The position numbers and the translations under genes were made by a program. A DNA stretch of 64,000 nucleotides from an uncultured Bacilli bacterium (GTDB lineage: Bacteria > Bacillota_I > Bacilli_A > RF39 > UBA660): contig CANQHQ010000003.1 of the NCBI GenBank assembly GCA_947623825.1, positions 4,220 through 68,219 on the forward strand, in the 5' to 3' direction. This document shows, one piece after another, positions 55,051-64,000 of the stretch (position 1 is its first letter; each line of letters starts with the position of its first letter). Below the pieces are notes generated by a model. That model did no database searches, was not told where the DNA came from, and worked only from the letters and a program-made list of their open reading frames with translations.

Positions 55051-56406
55051 CTATTTACTATTTTCATACATGATTCCCTTGTAATATTTCCAAGAGAGAA
55101 TTCTTTGTACGTGATCATTGATTTCTTCTTCGGTAATGGTTCCATCTTCTACGGCCTGTTTGATTTCTTGAAAACTTTTATCGTAACCAGTTGTCATGAT
55201 TAAATCATTCCCTGCCTGGAAAGCTTTCAAGGAAGCATTAGGGATGGAAGCGACCGCACCCATATCGAGATCATCTGTCATAATTACACCGGTAAAGTTC
55301 AATTCTTGGCGCAACAACTCGTGAATTTTACTCGACAAAGAGGCTGGATTTTCACTATCTACTTGTGTCACTGTATTGTGGCTAACCAAAACTGCTTCCG
55401 CTCCTGCATTGATTCCTGCTTCGAACGGAAGAAAATCATTTTGCCGTAATTGCTCTAGGGTTCGATTATCCTCTGAACTTCCTTTATGGGTATCTACGTT
55501 GTTCCCATATCCTGGAAAATGTTTCAAAGTATAAGAAACTTGCGTTCCTTTACTAGCGGAAATGACTGCCTGGGCATACTGGGATGTTTCGGTCTTATCT
55601 TTTCCGATGGTTCTCGCATACATATAATCACTAGGACTTTCAGAAACATCGACGACAGGGGCTAAATTGACATTGAGACCCAAATCGTTTAATAAAGCAC
55701 TTTTCTTTATCGTATCGTTTTTTACTTCCTCGATTCCTTTTTCATAAACGGTTCGTGGTGATTCAAAACGTTTTTCTGCTAAATTGGGATTCGAACTGAC
55801 TCTCACAATTGAACCACCTTCTTCATCCACAGCTGTTAAAAGAGGAATTTTCGCCTTCTCCTGCAAATCCGAAATCATTTTTCTTACTGCTTCTCGGTCT
55901 TTTCCTGTAAAGTCTTTTTCAAAAAAGACAAAACCACCAAACTGATACTTTTGTAAATCTTGTTCTACTGTAGCAGGATCGTAACGAACGAGTAGTAATT
56001 GCCCTATTTTTTCATCTAATGTCATCGTCTTCAATTTGTTTTCAGCTAAAATTTTATATTGACTAAATAGACCATTCTCTTCTGGTGGGGCTGTTGTGTC
56101 ATCTTTTTCCATCGCGACGGGATTCAAACGACAGCGAACAAAATTTTCTTCCATTATTTCGTCGGAATTTAAGACTCCCGTATATTCAATAATGATACTT
56201 TCTCCTACGTCACACATCGTATCTTCTGCTTCAAAAGTATACGTAGTTTTGTTTTCGTCTTCAATACGAATGGTTGTTTCCGTTTTCTCTATTACGGTTC
56301 CATAGAGTTCATTTACTTCTTGGTCCTTGTACCATACTTTCGTCGTGGTCACGACCACAAGTAAAAGGAGAAAACATCCAATCCAAATCCAATTCTTTTT
56401 CTTCAT
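55051..56406 (-). CDS. Glycoside hydrolase family 3 protein (beta-N-acetylhexosaminidase/NagZ-like), secreted or lipid-anchored
   Basis: Signal peptide MKKKNWIWIGCFLLLLVVV. The GH3 N-terminal domain shows MTLDEKIGQLLLV ... KHFPGYGN ... D-rich catalytic region. 451 aa. Confidence 0.8.
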   Translation of the reverse strand: MKKKNWIWIGCFLLLLVVVTTTKVWYKDQEVNELYGTVIEKTETTIRIEDENKTTYTFEAEDTMCDVGESIIIEYTGVLNSDEIMEENFVRCRLNPVAMEKDDTTAPPEENGLFSQYKILAENKLKTMTLDEKIGQLLLVRYDPATVEQDLQKYQFGGFVFFEKDFTGKDREAVRKMISDLQEKAKIPLLTAVDEEGGSIVRVSSNPNLAEKRFESPRTVYEKGIEEVKNDTIKKSALLNDLGLNVNLAPVVDVSESPSDYMYARTIGKDKTETSQYAQAVISASKGTQVSYTLKHFPGYGNNVDTHKGSSEDNRTLEQLRQNDFLPFEAGINAGAEAVLVSHNTVTQVDSENPASLSSKIHELLRQELNFTGVIMTDDLDMGAVASIPNASLKAFQAGNDLIMTTGYDKSFQEIKQAVEDGTITEEEINDHVQRILSWKYYKGIMYENSK

Positions 56407-56472
56407 CTTATCACCTATTACTTCATTATATTTTTTTTCTATTTAAATATTCAACTTCGCTGATTTTCTTTT

Positions 56473-58650
56473 TTAAGTTCCTTGATTTTCTTGATATTTT
56501 GGTTGAAAGACGAGACTCAGTGTCGTCTCTTCTGTGATAGGTGTATTTTCAGGAAGACTTTGACTTGTTAGGTAGCCGGTTCCCTCTATTTCATACGGAA
56601 TTTTCAGGATATCTAGATAAGTAAGAACGTCTTTTTTACTCCATCCTGTAAAGTTTGGGAGAAGTTTTTCTTGTCCATTCGTAAGAAGAAAGACCCGACT
56701 TCCTTCTGTCAATGTTACATTTTCTTTTGGTACTTGGTCAACGACGATACCGCCATTTCCCAACGTGACTACTTGTAATCCTGCTGTTTGAAGAGCGGTT
56801 TTTACTTTTTCCGTTCCTTGGTTTACGTAATTTTCTAATTTTACAGAAGGCATCGTTGTCGTTTCTTCGGTTTCATTATAAATATTGTAATATTTACTCG
56901 TGTTTTCTACTACTTCTTTGACAACCGAAGCCAAAGCGCTAGGACTGTTGGGATTCGGTCTTTTTAAATTGGCATAAATAATAATCTGAGGGTCTTCTTT
57001 AGGAAACATACCCGCAAAGCCACGAATTACGTCGTAAGGTCCTTTCAAATATCCGGTTCCATTTTCACTCGCAATTTGAGCGGTTCCTGTTTTGGCAATG
57101 AGGTTGTAACCTTCCATGTAATAGGTACTACCTGTACCATTCAAAACCACTTGTTCCATTAATTCTTTCATTTTATCGGTGGTCGCTTTACTAGCCACTC
57201 TTCCTAGTTCCTGTCTCGTATTTTGACGAATGATATTTCCATCCTTATCGACAATCTTATCGACGATGTAAGGTTGAAGAAGAATTCCATCATTCGCTAT
57301 TGAAGTTAAGGCCTTGATATTTTGAATCGAAGTCGTCATAATTCCTTGTCCAAATCCTGCATTCAACACTTCTGTTTCGTATTGGAAATCTAGTTTTCCA
57401 GAGACTTCTTTACTTAATTCGATTCCCGTTCGAGAACCAAATCCTAATTTCTTATAATAATCTTTTAAAATATCTCGATTCATGTACTTATCAATTAAGT
57501 TTACGACACCTATGTTACTAGATAAAGCAAATCCTCGATCATACGTGATATAACCCCAACCATTTCGGTTGTAGTCTCCTAATTCGGTTCCATCCTTGGT
57601 CACAAAAGTTCCGGATTTGAATGTTTCCTCTCCATTATAGGTTCCATTTTCCATCGCTGCCATGTACGAGAAGATTTTCATCGTACTACCTGGTTCTACC
57701 GCAACAGAAATATTGGGATCGAGGTACGACGTGATATTACGCACGTTCGGATCAAAAGAAGGAGTCGTACTTAGACCTAGAATTTTTCCGGTTTTCGCAT
57801 CCGCTACAATGATGTTTAACTGGTCAAATTTATAACGATTCGAAGCATTTTCTAAGGCTTGTTCAATAAAGAACTGAACATTGGAATCGACGGTTAAATA
57901 GATGTCATTTCCATCTTTGGCTTCGACAATTTGTTCTGGTGTATTGGCAATTTTATATCCACGTAAATCTTTTTGATATTTTTTATAACCATCGGTACCA
58001 GTCAACTCTTCATTAAATAAGGCTTCGATTCCCAATTCTCCAATAATTTTTCCATTTTCATCTAGTTTGGCATACCCTAACGTGTAAGATAAAAAATCTC
58101 CTTTTGGATAGTATCTTTTCTGCGTTTCGATAAAATCAATTCCTGGTAGATTCAACGAAACGATATCATCCTTCATCAATTCTGTTAGACCTTTTCCTTT
58201 ACTACCAAATTCCACTTGATAAGGAGTTCTTCCATCATTCATCTTTCGATTTAAAAAGTTGAGAATTTCTTCTTTACTTAAGTCGATTACGGTAGATAGT
58301 TTTTCAGCTGTCATTTCTTTGTCTTGGACGTATTCCCCTTCTCCACGACTTTCTGCGAGGTAAGCAATCAAGGTATAAGAGTATACATTTTGCGCTAAAG
58401 GTTCTCCAAATACGTCGTAAATGGTTCCTCTTTTCGCAAGAAGTGTATCTGTCGCGATGGTTCTCGTCGCTGCGAATGCTTTTAGATTTCGTCCATCGAT
58501 TTCGCTAGACATGGTCAACACTCCTGCCCGATACAGTAAAATTGATAGAAGAAGAAACGACACTAAGAGAAGAAGATTGGCATTTCTTCTCGATGGGTTA
58601 CTCTTATTTTTTTGTTTTTTCTTATTTCTTTTTTCTTTCTTCAAAGTCAT
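56473..58650 (-). CDS. Class B penicillin-binding protein (FtsI/PBP2B/SpoVD type) with two C-terminal PASTA domains
   Basis: Transmembrane anchor, dimerisation domain, and transpeptidase motifs (STMK in EPGSTMKIF, SSN, KTGT). Two PASTA repeats at the C-terminus. I moved the start to the ATG at 58650 (MTLKKEK), which has an ACGAGGTGA Shine-Dalgarno. Confidence 0.85.
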   Translation of the reverse strand: MTLKKEKRNKKKQKNKSNPSRRNANLLLLVSFLLLSILLYRAGVLTMSSEIDGRNLKAFAATRTIATDTLLAKRGTIYDVFGEPLAQNVYSYTLIAYLAESRGEGEYVQDKEMTAEKLSTVIDLSKEEILNFLNRKMNDGRTPYQVEFGSKGKGLTELMKDDIVSLNLPGIDFIETQKRYYPKGDFLSYTLGYAKLDENGKIIGELGIEALFNEELTGTDGYKKYQKDLRGYKIANTPEQIVEAKDGNDIYLTVDSNVQFFIEQALENASNRYKFDQLNIIVADAKTGKILGLSTTPSFDPNVRNITSYLDPNISVAVEPGSTMKIFSYMAAMENGTYNGEETFKSGTFVTKDGTELGDYNRNGWGYITYDRGFALSSNIGVVNLIDKYMNRDILKDYYKKLGFGSRTGIELSKEVSGKLDFQYETEVLNAGFGQGIMTTSIQNIKALTSIANDGILLQPYIVDKIVDKDGNIIRQNTRQELGRVASKATTDKMKELMEQVVLNGTGSTYYMEGYNLIAKTGTAQIASENGTGYLKGPYDVIRGFAGMFPKEDPQIIIYANLKRPNPNSPSALASVVKEVVENTSKYYNIYNETEETTTMPSVKLENYVNQGTEKVKTALQTAGLQVVTLGNGGIVVDQVPKENVTLTEGSRVFLLTNGQEKLLPNFTGWSKKDVLTYLDILKIPYEIEGTGYLTSQSLPENTPITEETTLSLVFQPKYQENQGT

Positions 58651-58813
58651 GTTACTCACCTCGTATTCTCTTTCATTATAACAAGTTCCCGTTGGGTTTT
58701 CAATTTTTTTGGGAAATTCCAAAGGGATTTGACAGGAGTACAATGAAAAGAACCAACTTTGTCTTTAGAAAACAAAACTGGTTCTTTTCTGTATTTTATG
58801 GAGGTCGTAGTCC

Positions 58814-59110
58814 CTAATCTTCTGTAATTGAACGAATATTATGGTTGTTGTAAGTCAATCCTTGTTCTTTGGCAATTTCTTGGATTTTTTCCAAAGAAGC
58901 AAGTTCGTTGATTTTCATCGTTAAACTCTCATTTTTCTTTTCTTGTGTGTCGATTTGTTTGTTTAATTTCTCGACTTCAAAGTTAACTTCGGATAGCGTT
59001 GCCTGAGAAAATACTAAAGCAAAAGGACTTAAGGCAAGCATAAAAACAGTGAACACGTATACTAAGCGTTCAAACTTTGACATTTTTAGTCTTCTCTTTA
59101 CCTTTCTCAT
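58814..59110 (-). CDS. ftsL: Cell division protein FtsL
   Basis: 98 aa. Bitopic: basic N-terminus, a single transmembrane segment (LVYVFTVFMLALSPFALVF) and a coiled-coil. Lies between rsmH and the PBP gene. Confidence 0.7.
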   Translation of the reverse strand: MRKVKRRLKMSKFERLVYVFTVFMLALSPFALVFSQATLSEVNFEVEKLNKQIDTQEKKNESLTMKINELASLEKIQEIAKEQGLTYNNHNIRSITED

Positions 59111-59126
59111 TTTCGCATCTTCCTTT

Positions 59127-60050
59127 CTATTTGATTCTTTCCAACACTCTTAGTTTGGCCGAACGACTCCGATTATTTTCTATTTGTTCTTCTTCTGATG
59201 GAACGATAGCCTTTGTGGTTACGAGTTTAAAATCTGGTAAATAAGATTCTGGAATTTCCGGTAACCCTTTGACTCTGGCATCGATTTCTGTTAAATGTTT
59301 GAATACATTTTTAATGATTCTATCTTCTAAGGAATGAAAGGTAATGACACACAATCTTCCTCCTACTTTCAAGATACTGCTGGCATCCAACATCGTATCT
59401 TCGAGAATTTCTAGTTCTTGATTGACTTCAATGCGAATGGCCTGAAAGACTTTCCTTGCCGGATGTTTTTCTCGACTATACTTTTCAGGTACAGAATGTT
59501 TGATGATGTCAACCAATTGGAATGTCGTTTCGATGGGTGCTTCCTTTCGGGCATTTACGATGTTGCGAGCGATAGGATTGGCATACTTTTCTTCTCCATA
59601 TTGGAAGAAAATTCTTGCTAATTCTTTTTCTTCGTATGTATTCACCACTTCGTAAGCCGAGAGGGCTTGTTCCTGATCCATGCGCATATCGAGTCTCGCA
59701 TCTTGATGATAACTAAATCCTCGATCTGCTTGATCTAACTGTGGAGAACTAACTCCTAAATCGAAGAGAATGCCATCGACTTCGGTCACCCCTTGTTCCT
59801 CTAGTTTTTCTTTTAAGTAACGAAAATTACTCTTGATAATCGTAAAATTAGAATCGATGCTTTCTAGTTTCTTTCTTGCATAGTCAATGGCTTCTTGGTC
59901 TTGGTCAAAGGCGAAAAGTGAACCCCTTTTTATTCTTTTCAATATTTCACCCGAATGGCCAGCATACCCTAACGTACCATCGACATACACTCCGTCTTCC
60001 TTTATTTGAAGATTTTCGATGGATTCTTCTAGTAAAACACTTACATGCAT
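59127..60050 (-). CDS. rsmH: 16S rRNA (cytosine1402-N4)-methyltransferase
   Basis: MHVSVLLEESIENL...VDGTLGYAGHS...DLGVSSPQLD, the canonical MraW motifs. 307 aa. Confidence 0.9.
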   Translation of the reverse strand: MHVSVLLEESIENLQIKEDGVYVDGTLGYAGHSGEILKRIKRGSLFAFDQDQEAIDYARKKLESIDSNFTIIKSNFRYLKEKLEEQGVTEVDGILFDLGVSSPQLDQADRGFSYHQDARLDMRMDQEQALSAYEVVNTYEEKELARIFFQYGEEKYANPIARNIVNARKEAPIETTFQLVDIIKHSVPEKYSREKHPARKVFQAIRIEVNQELEILEDTMLDASSILKVGGRLCVITFHSLEDRIIKNVFKHLTEIDARVKGLPEIPESYLPDFKLVTTKAIVPSEEEQIENNRSRSAKLRVLERIK

Positions 60051-60058
60051 ATTTCCAC

Positions 60059-60499
60059 CTACTCTTGGTCTAGTTCTTGGGAAAATAAATTCTCAGCAAT
60101 GATAGACATATCATCTATATTGGCATTTAAGAATTCGTTCCAAGTCTTTTCATTCCATATTTCTAGACGTTCTCCCACTCCGATGACAATACATTCTTTT
60201 GTGAGATTTGCATAGGAAGTAAGAGAGGATGCGAGATTGATTCGTCCCTGCTTGTCCAATTCTACAATCGTAGCACCTGATAAAAAGAAGCGGGAAAAGT
60301 TTCTAGCGTCTTTCTTTGTGAAAGGGAGGCGATTTAATTTGTCGACGATTTTTTGCCATTCTGGAAGAGAATAAACAAATAGGCACTGTTCGAGTCCTCT
60401 CGTTACAACAAATTCTTTTCCTAACTCCTGACGAAATTTTGCGGGAAGGATGATTCTTCCTTTTTCGTCAATGGTATGATGATATTCACCCATGAACAT
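60059..60499 (-). CDS. mraZ: Transcriptional regulator MraZ
   Basis: [27 protein letters not shown]... shows the double SpoVT-AbrB fold pattern. The start is set at MFMGEY, which has a GGGGGA Shine-Dalgarno. Confidence 0.85.
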   Translation of the reverse strand: MFMGEYHHTIDEKGRIILPAKFRQELGKEFVVTRGLEQCLFVYSLPEWQKIVDKLNRLPFTKKDARNFSRFFLSGATIVELDKQGRINLASSLTSYANLTKECIVIGVGERLEIWNEKTWNEFLNANIDDMSIIAENLFSQELDQE

Positions 60500-60504
60500 A
60501 GGCA

Positions 60505-60545
60505 TCCCCCACTTTTCACCATTATCAACCACTACTTACCATAAT
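60505..60545 (-). promoter_or_regulatory. MraZ operator: four direct TGGK repeats at 10-bp spacing in the mraZ 5' region
   Basis: Minus strand: TGGTAAGTAG TGGTTGATAA TGGTGAAAAG TGGGGGATGC. It lies downstream of the promoter TTTACA, 18 nt, then TATGAT. Confidence 0.5.
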
Positions 60546-60658
60546 CATACTATAGAATCTTTTTTTGTGTAAACAAAAAGAAGCTTTTTATTTTCTTTTA
60601 TTGTCAACCAATGTAAAGTCAACAAAAAAAAGAAAGTAATTTACTTCCTTTTTTCTTT

Positions 60659-62410
60659 CTAGAGTTCTTCGTTTCTCTTCTTTGTATTGATGACATCCGT
60701 CAAGTAGTTCACGAATTCCTCTTGAGAAACAGTCGTTGTCTCTTCCTTCTTATATAAACGATAACTGATGGTCTTGTCTTCGACTTCTTTGTTTCCAAGG
60801 ATTATTGTGAATGGAATCTTTTTCATTTGACTTTCTCTCATCTTGTATCCAAGTTTCTCGTTTCGATCATCTAGTTCCACACGAATATTTTCCTTTTCTA
60901 AGAGTTCTTTGATTTCTTGAGCATACTCTAAATGATATTCATTATTGACTGGAATGATATTGACTTGTACTGGGGCTAACCATGTTGGGAAAGCACCTGC
61001 ATAGTGTTCAATTAAGATTCCGATGAAACGTTCAATCGAACCGAAGATGACGCGGTGAAGCATGATTGGGCGTTTCTTTGAACCATCTTTATCGATATAG
61101 GTTAAATCAAAGCGTTCTGGCAAGTTGGCATCTAGTTGAATGGTTCCACATTGCCATACTCTTCCTAGAGAATCACGGATGTGGAAATCGAGTTTTGGTC
61201 CATAGAAAGCACCATCTCCTGGATTAATTTTACAATCATGACCCGCTTTGTGACAGGCTTCTTGCAAAATGGCTTCACTACGATTCCATGATTCAATTGT
61301 ACCAATATATTTTTCTTCCGGTCTGGTCGATAACTCAATATCGTACGTTAATCCAAAAATACGATAAATACGATCAATGAAAGCAATCAAACGGATGATT
61401 TCTTCTTCAATTTGATCATCTCTCATAAAAATATGGGCATCATCTTGGGTAAAGGTACGAACGCGGAATAAACCATTCAAGGCACCACTGGCTTCGTGGC
61501 GATGTACTTGTCCTAATTCTCCGCAACGAATCGGCAAATCTTTGTAAGAATGAAGAGAGTTCTTATACACCAACATTCCTCCTGGACAGTTCATCGGTTT
61601 AATCGCAAATTCTTTCTCATCGATTGTCGAAGTATACATATTTTCTCGATAGTTTTCCCAGTGCCCTGAAACTTCCCATAATTCACGGCTAAGCATGATT
61701 GGCGTTTTTACAAACACATACCCTTCTTTGGTATGCTCTTGATACCAGAAATTTTCCAAGATGTTTCGAATAATCATTCCTTTTGGTAGGAAGAATGGAA
61801 ATCCTGGTCCGTACTCACTGATCATGAATAGTTCGAGTTCTTTTCCTAGTTTCTTATGATCTCTTTGTTTGGCTTCTTCTAGGAATTGAAGATGCTCTTG
61901 TAATCCTTCTTCTGTATCGAAACATACTCCATAGATTCTCTGAAGCATTTTGTTGTGAGCGTCTCCTTTCCAGTAAGCACCACTCACTTTTAGTAGTTTA
62001 AAGTATTTTAATTCTTTGGTGGTCTCTACGTGTGGTCCACGACATAAGTCAGTAAAATCTCCTTGTGTATAGCAAGAAATGGTAGTGGTTTCTTCATCCA
62101 TACGTTGAATTAAATCCAATTTATAGGGATCATCTTTGAACTTGTCTAGGGCTTCCTGTTTCGAAATCTCTTCTCGAATGATTCTCTTTCCGTCTTTGGC
62201 ACATTTTTTCATTTCTCGTTCGATTTTTTCTAAGTCTTCTTCTTTGATGACTTCGTCTCCTAAGTCGATATCATAATAGAAACCTTCTTCGATGACGGGT
62301 CCCACCCAAAATTTTGCCTGTGGGTATAAGTGTTTCACAGCTTGCGCTAAAAGATGGGCACAAGAATGATTCAAAATACTTAATTTTTCATTTTCTTTCA
62401 TGTTTATCAT
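60659..62410 (-). CDS. thrS: Threonine--tRNA ligase (lacks the N-terminal TGS domain)
   Basis: The editing-domain motif HSCAHLLAQAV is near the N-terminus. Class II catalytic core and anticodon-binding domain follow. The ORF-track N-terminal extension is read-through of the T-box leader. I set the start at the ATG at 62410 (MINMKENEK), giving 583 aa. Confidence 0.9.
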   Translation of the reverse strand: MINMKENEKLSILNHSCAHLLAQAVKHLYPQAKFWVGPVIEEGFYYDIDLGDEVIKEEDLEKIEREMKKCAKDGKRIIREEISKQEALDKFKDDPYKLDLIQRMDEETTTISCYTQGDFTDLCRGPHVETTKELKYFKLLKVSGAYWKGDAHNKMLQRIYGVCFDTEEGLQEHLQFLEEAKQRDHKKLGKELELFMISEYGPGFPFFLPKGMIIRNILENFWYQEHTKEGYVFVKTPIMLSRELWEVSGHWENYRENMYTSTIDEKEFAIKPMNCPGGMLVYKNSLHSYKDLPIRCGELGQVHRHEASGALNGLFRVRTFTQDDAHIFMRDDQIEEEIIRLIAFIDRIYRIFGLTYDIELSTRPEEKYIGTIESWNRSEAILQEACHKAGHDCKINPGDGAFYGPKLDFHIRDSLGRVWQCGTIQLDANLPERFDLTYIDKDGSKKRPIMLHRVIFGSIERFIGILIEHYAGAFPTWLAPVQVNIIPVNNEYHLEYAQEIKELLEKENIRVELDDRNEKLGYKMRESQMKKIPFTIILGNKEVEDKTISYRLYKKEETTTVSQEEFVNYLTDVINTKKRNEEL

Positions 62411-62660
62411 TTTTTCTATCCTTCTTTCTTCTTTTCCAATGAAAAAGCTCCTTACATTTCTGTAAGGAGCGAATATTTCCGCGGTACCATCCTGGTTTTT
62501 CACTTGATTTTGATAACGGTATCTCTACCGGAAATCCGATTAAGGTTCTACTTAAGAGTAGTAACAAATCTAAGACTCATTCTGTTCTCACCAACCACAG
62601 ACTCTCTTGCTTGCTTTTTAGATTTGTCGTGTCTCTATCTTCGCTTTCATTGATTTGTAC
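62411..62660 (-). promoter_or_regulatory. T-box riboswitch leader of thrS, with promoter and terminator
   Basis: On the minus strand the T-box AGGATGGTACCGCGG lies at plus 62480..62495. It is immediately followed by a 10-bp terminator stem GCTCCTTACA gaaa TGTAAGGAGC then TTTTTC (plus 62447..62470). The promoter is TTGACA, 16 nt, then TATGAT at about 62700..62665. Confidence 0.75.
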
Positions 62661-62854
62661 TTCTATCATACCACTTTTTTTCCTTTTGTCAATGAAAAGA
62701 AAAAGGGAAACCGACCGATTTTATTTTTCTCTTCTTCTCGTGTTCATCCCTATTCGCCATACTTTTTTGGTCTTCTTTTCGCTAGATATTCTTTCTTTTG
62801 ATGATTATTAAAAGAACAGAATCAAATGGTTCTGTTCTTCTTATTCCTTATTTC

Positions 62855-63301
62855 CTATTTTTTTATTTTCTCACATGAATAATCAAGAGATTCCATCATG
62901 GATAAATATTTTTCGATACTGTATTGTTTTTTGTCATTATATTCAAACATCTTGTTCCATAAAAAGGTAATCGTTAATTCTTCATCATCGGTTTCAATCC
63001 GATCTGGTTTAAAATTCTCTGTCCAATCATATTCTTCTTTTGCTTCTGCATATTTTTTTTCATCCTTATAAGATATAGATAACTTTTGTTCTCCTTTTGT
63101 TACTTTCTGTTCTTTTGTTGAATACTCAAAGTCATATTTTTGACCTAGATCAGAAAATTCATTTTCGCTACCATTCTTCTTATTACAACTATAATAACTG
63201 ATTTTTTCTTGTTGATAAAAAGAATAATATAATCCAATTACGCATAGACAGCAACCTAAGATTCCAAGGATTCCTACTACATACTTTATTTTTTTACTCA
63301 T
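62855..63301 (-). CDS. Hypothetical membrane-anchored protein
   Basis: 148 aa from the ATG at 63301, which has a TAGGAGG Shine-Dalgarno. N-terminal anchor KYVVGILGILGCCLCVIGLYYSF. A terminator hairpin AGAACAGAA ... TTCTGTTCT lies downstream. Confidence 0.45.
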   Translation of the reverse strand: MSKKIKYVVGILGILGCCLCVIGLYYSFYQQEKISYYSCNKKNGSENEFSDLGQKYDFEYSTKEQKVTKGEQKLSISYKDEKKYAEAKEEYDWTENFKPDRIETDDEELTITFLWNKMFEYNDKKQYSIEKYLSMMESLDYSCEKIKK

Positions 63302-63311
63302 CTTCAACCTC

Positions 63312-64000
63312 CTAATTATAATAACAAGTGGTTCCACTCAAATTTCCGCCTTGTGGGCAGGTATAGTATGAGCAATCATAATCATATGTACGGTGATCAC
63401 AGACCCGTTGTGTTCCATGTTGGCAATTGGTTGCTTCACAACACAAATTACACTTAACATCTCCAGGTCCACATGCACTACCAACTACATTTTCATTGGC
63501 ATTTCCATAACACCATACGTAATTGCATTCGCATCCATAAGTATAGTCTTGATTTCGGCAATTATATTCTTCTGTTCCTTGGCAAGTACGTGGATTTCTT
63601 GTCGCAGGATAATTATGTTTTACATCAAAAGTCGTTGTGGCACTTTTTCCTGTTGTAGCAGAAGTTATGGTACAGGTAACAGAATAAGTTCCTGACTTTT
63701 TACTTTGAGCTGGGTCACAAGTTACCGTTCCTTCTCCTGGTCCCCATCCCGGGTCTACGTTATCTTTGAAATCGTAATCTCCGTTTCCTAACGTTTTAGG
63801 ATTATCTTTTGGTGATGGGGTTGGTGTCTTATTATCTTTCTTGACTGTTATCGTACAAGTATTCGTTCTTCCAACATCATCTGTCACCGTTCCTGTTACG
63901 ACGATAGCTTTTCCATCTTCGGTTACGAGTGATTTATCAATCTCTGTCTTCTTGACTCCACTTCCTTCGATTTTATCATCTTCTAAATCACTTGTAGTAT
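63312..64000 (-). CDS. Cysteine-rich secreted protein. Partial: its N-terminus lies beyond the window end.
   Basis: The C-terminal 120 aa hold more than 20 Cys in C-x-C / CC patterns (CECNYVWCYG ... CNLCCEATNC). The Thr/Ser-rich and Pro-rich linker (KTPTPSPKDNPK) precedes it. The frame stays open upstream of the listed Met to nt 64000. Confidence 0.45.
   Translation of the reverse strand, partial: TTSDLEDDKIEGSGVKKTEIDKSLVTEDGKAIVVTGTVTDDVGRTNTCTITVKKDNKTPTPSPKDNPKTLGNGDYDFKDNVDPGWGPGEGTVTCDPAQSKKSGTYSVTCTITSATTGKSATTTFDVKHNYPATRNPRTCQGTEEYNCRNQDYTYGCECNYVWCYGNANENVVGSACGPGDVKCNLCCEATNCQHGTQRVCDHRTYDYDCSYYTCPQGGNLSGTTCYYN

Noticed and set aside
62411-62503. N-terminal 31 residues of the listed thrS ORF (MKNQDGTAEIFAPYRNVRSF...)
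   Set aside because: This stretch is the translated T-box terminator and leader, and the listed start is non-ATG. The real start is the ATG at 62410.
1-64000. CRISPR arrays, transposases or IS elements, integrases, tRNA/rRNA genes
   Set aside because: I found no spaced direct-repeat array, no transposase-like or integrase-like ORFs, and no cloverleaf-like segments in the intergenic regions I inspected. The window looks like chromosomal backbone with a few accessory insertions.

Overview
This window is a low-GC Firmicute chromosomal segment, probably from a spore-forming lineage such as Erysipelotrichia or Clostridia. UGA is used as a stop codon. Almost every gene is on the minus strand. The backbone is conserved housekeeping genes, in two sets. 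One set is pgi, holA, alaS, a RecD2 helicase, mtaB, addAB, pyk, mutM, polA and lexA. The other is glyQS, recO, yqzL, era, cdd, dgkA, ybeY, yqfD, yqfC, yqeY and rpsU, followed by mraZ, rsmH, ftsL, a penicillin-binding protein and thrS. Three T-box leaders (alaS operon, glyQS, thrS), a MraZ operator and LexA boxes can be read from the sequence. Five things stand out. (1) A 2,563-aa cyclic beta-1,2-glucan synthase-like giant (GT84 plus GH94 domains), translationally coupled to pgi. (2) A 1,275-aa surface protein with a VWA domain, a Listeria-Bacteroides repeat and about 19 DUF285 repeats; its promoter has a 10-nt poly-G tract in the -35/-10 spacer, a likely phase-variation switch. (3) A bacteriocin-type locus: a C39-peptidase ABC transporter, a small membrane protein and two overlooked double-glycine-leader peptides (47 and 54 aa). 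It sits next to a gene whose promoter carries 25-bp direct repeats over the -35 box. (4) A 51-aa single-transmembrane protein divergent from lexA with a Cheo box inside its promoter spacer, a candidate SOS cell-division inhibitor, sitting upstream of polA. (5) A partial giant type IV pilin-like gene at the window start and a partial cysteine-rich secreted protein at the window end. All calls rest on reading the sequence and the ORF translations; no searches were run.
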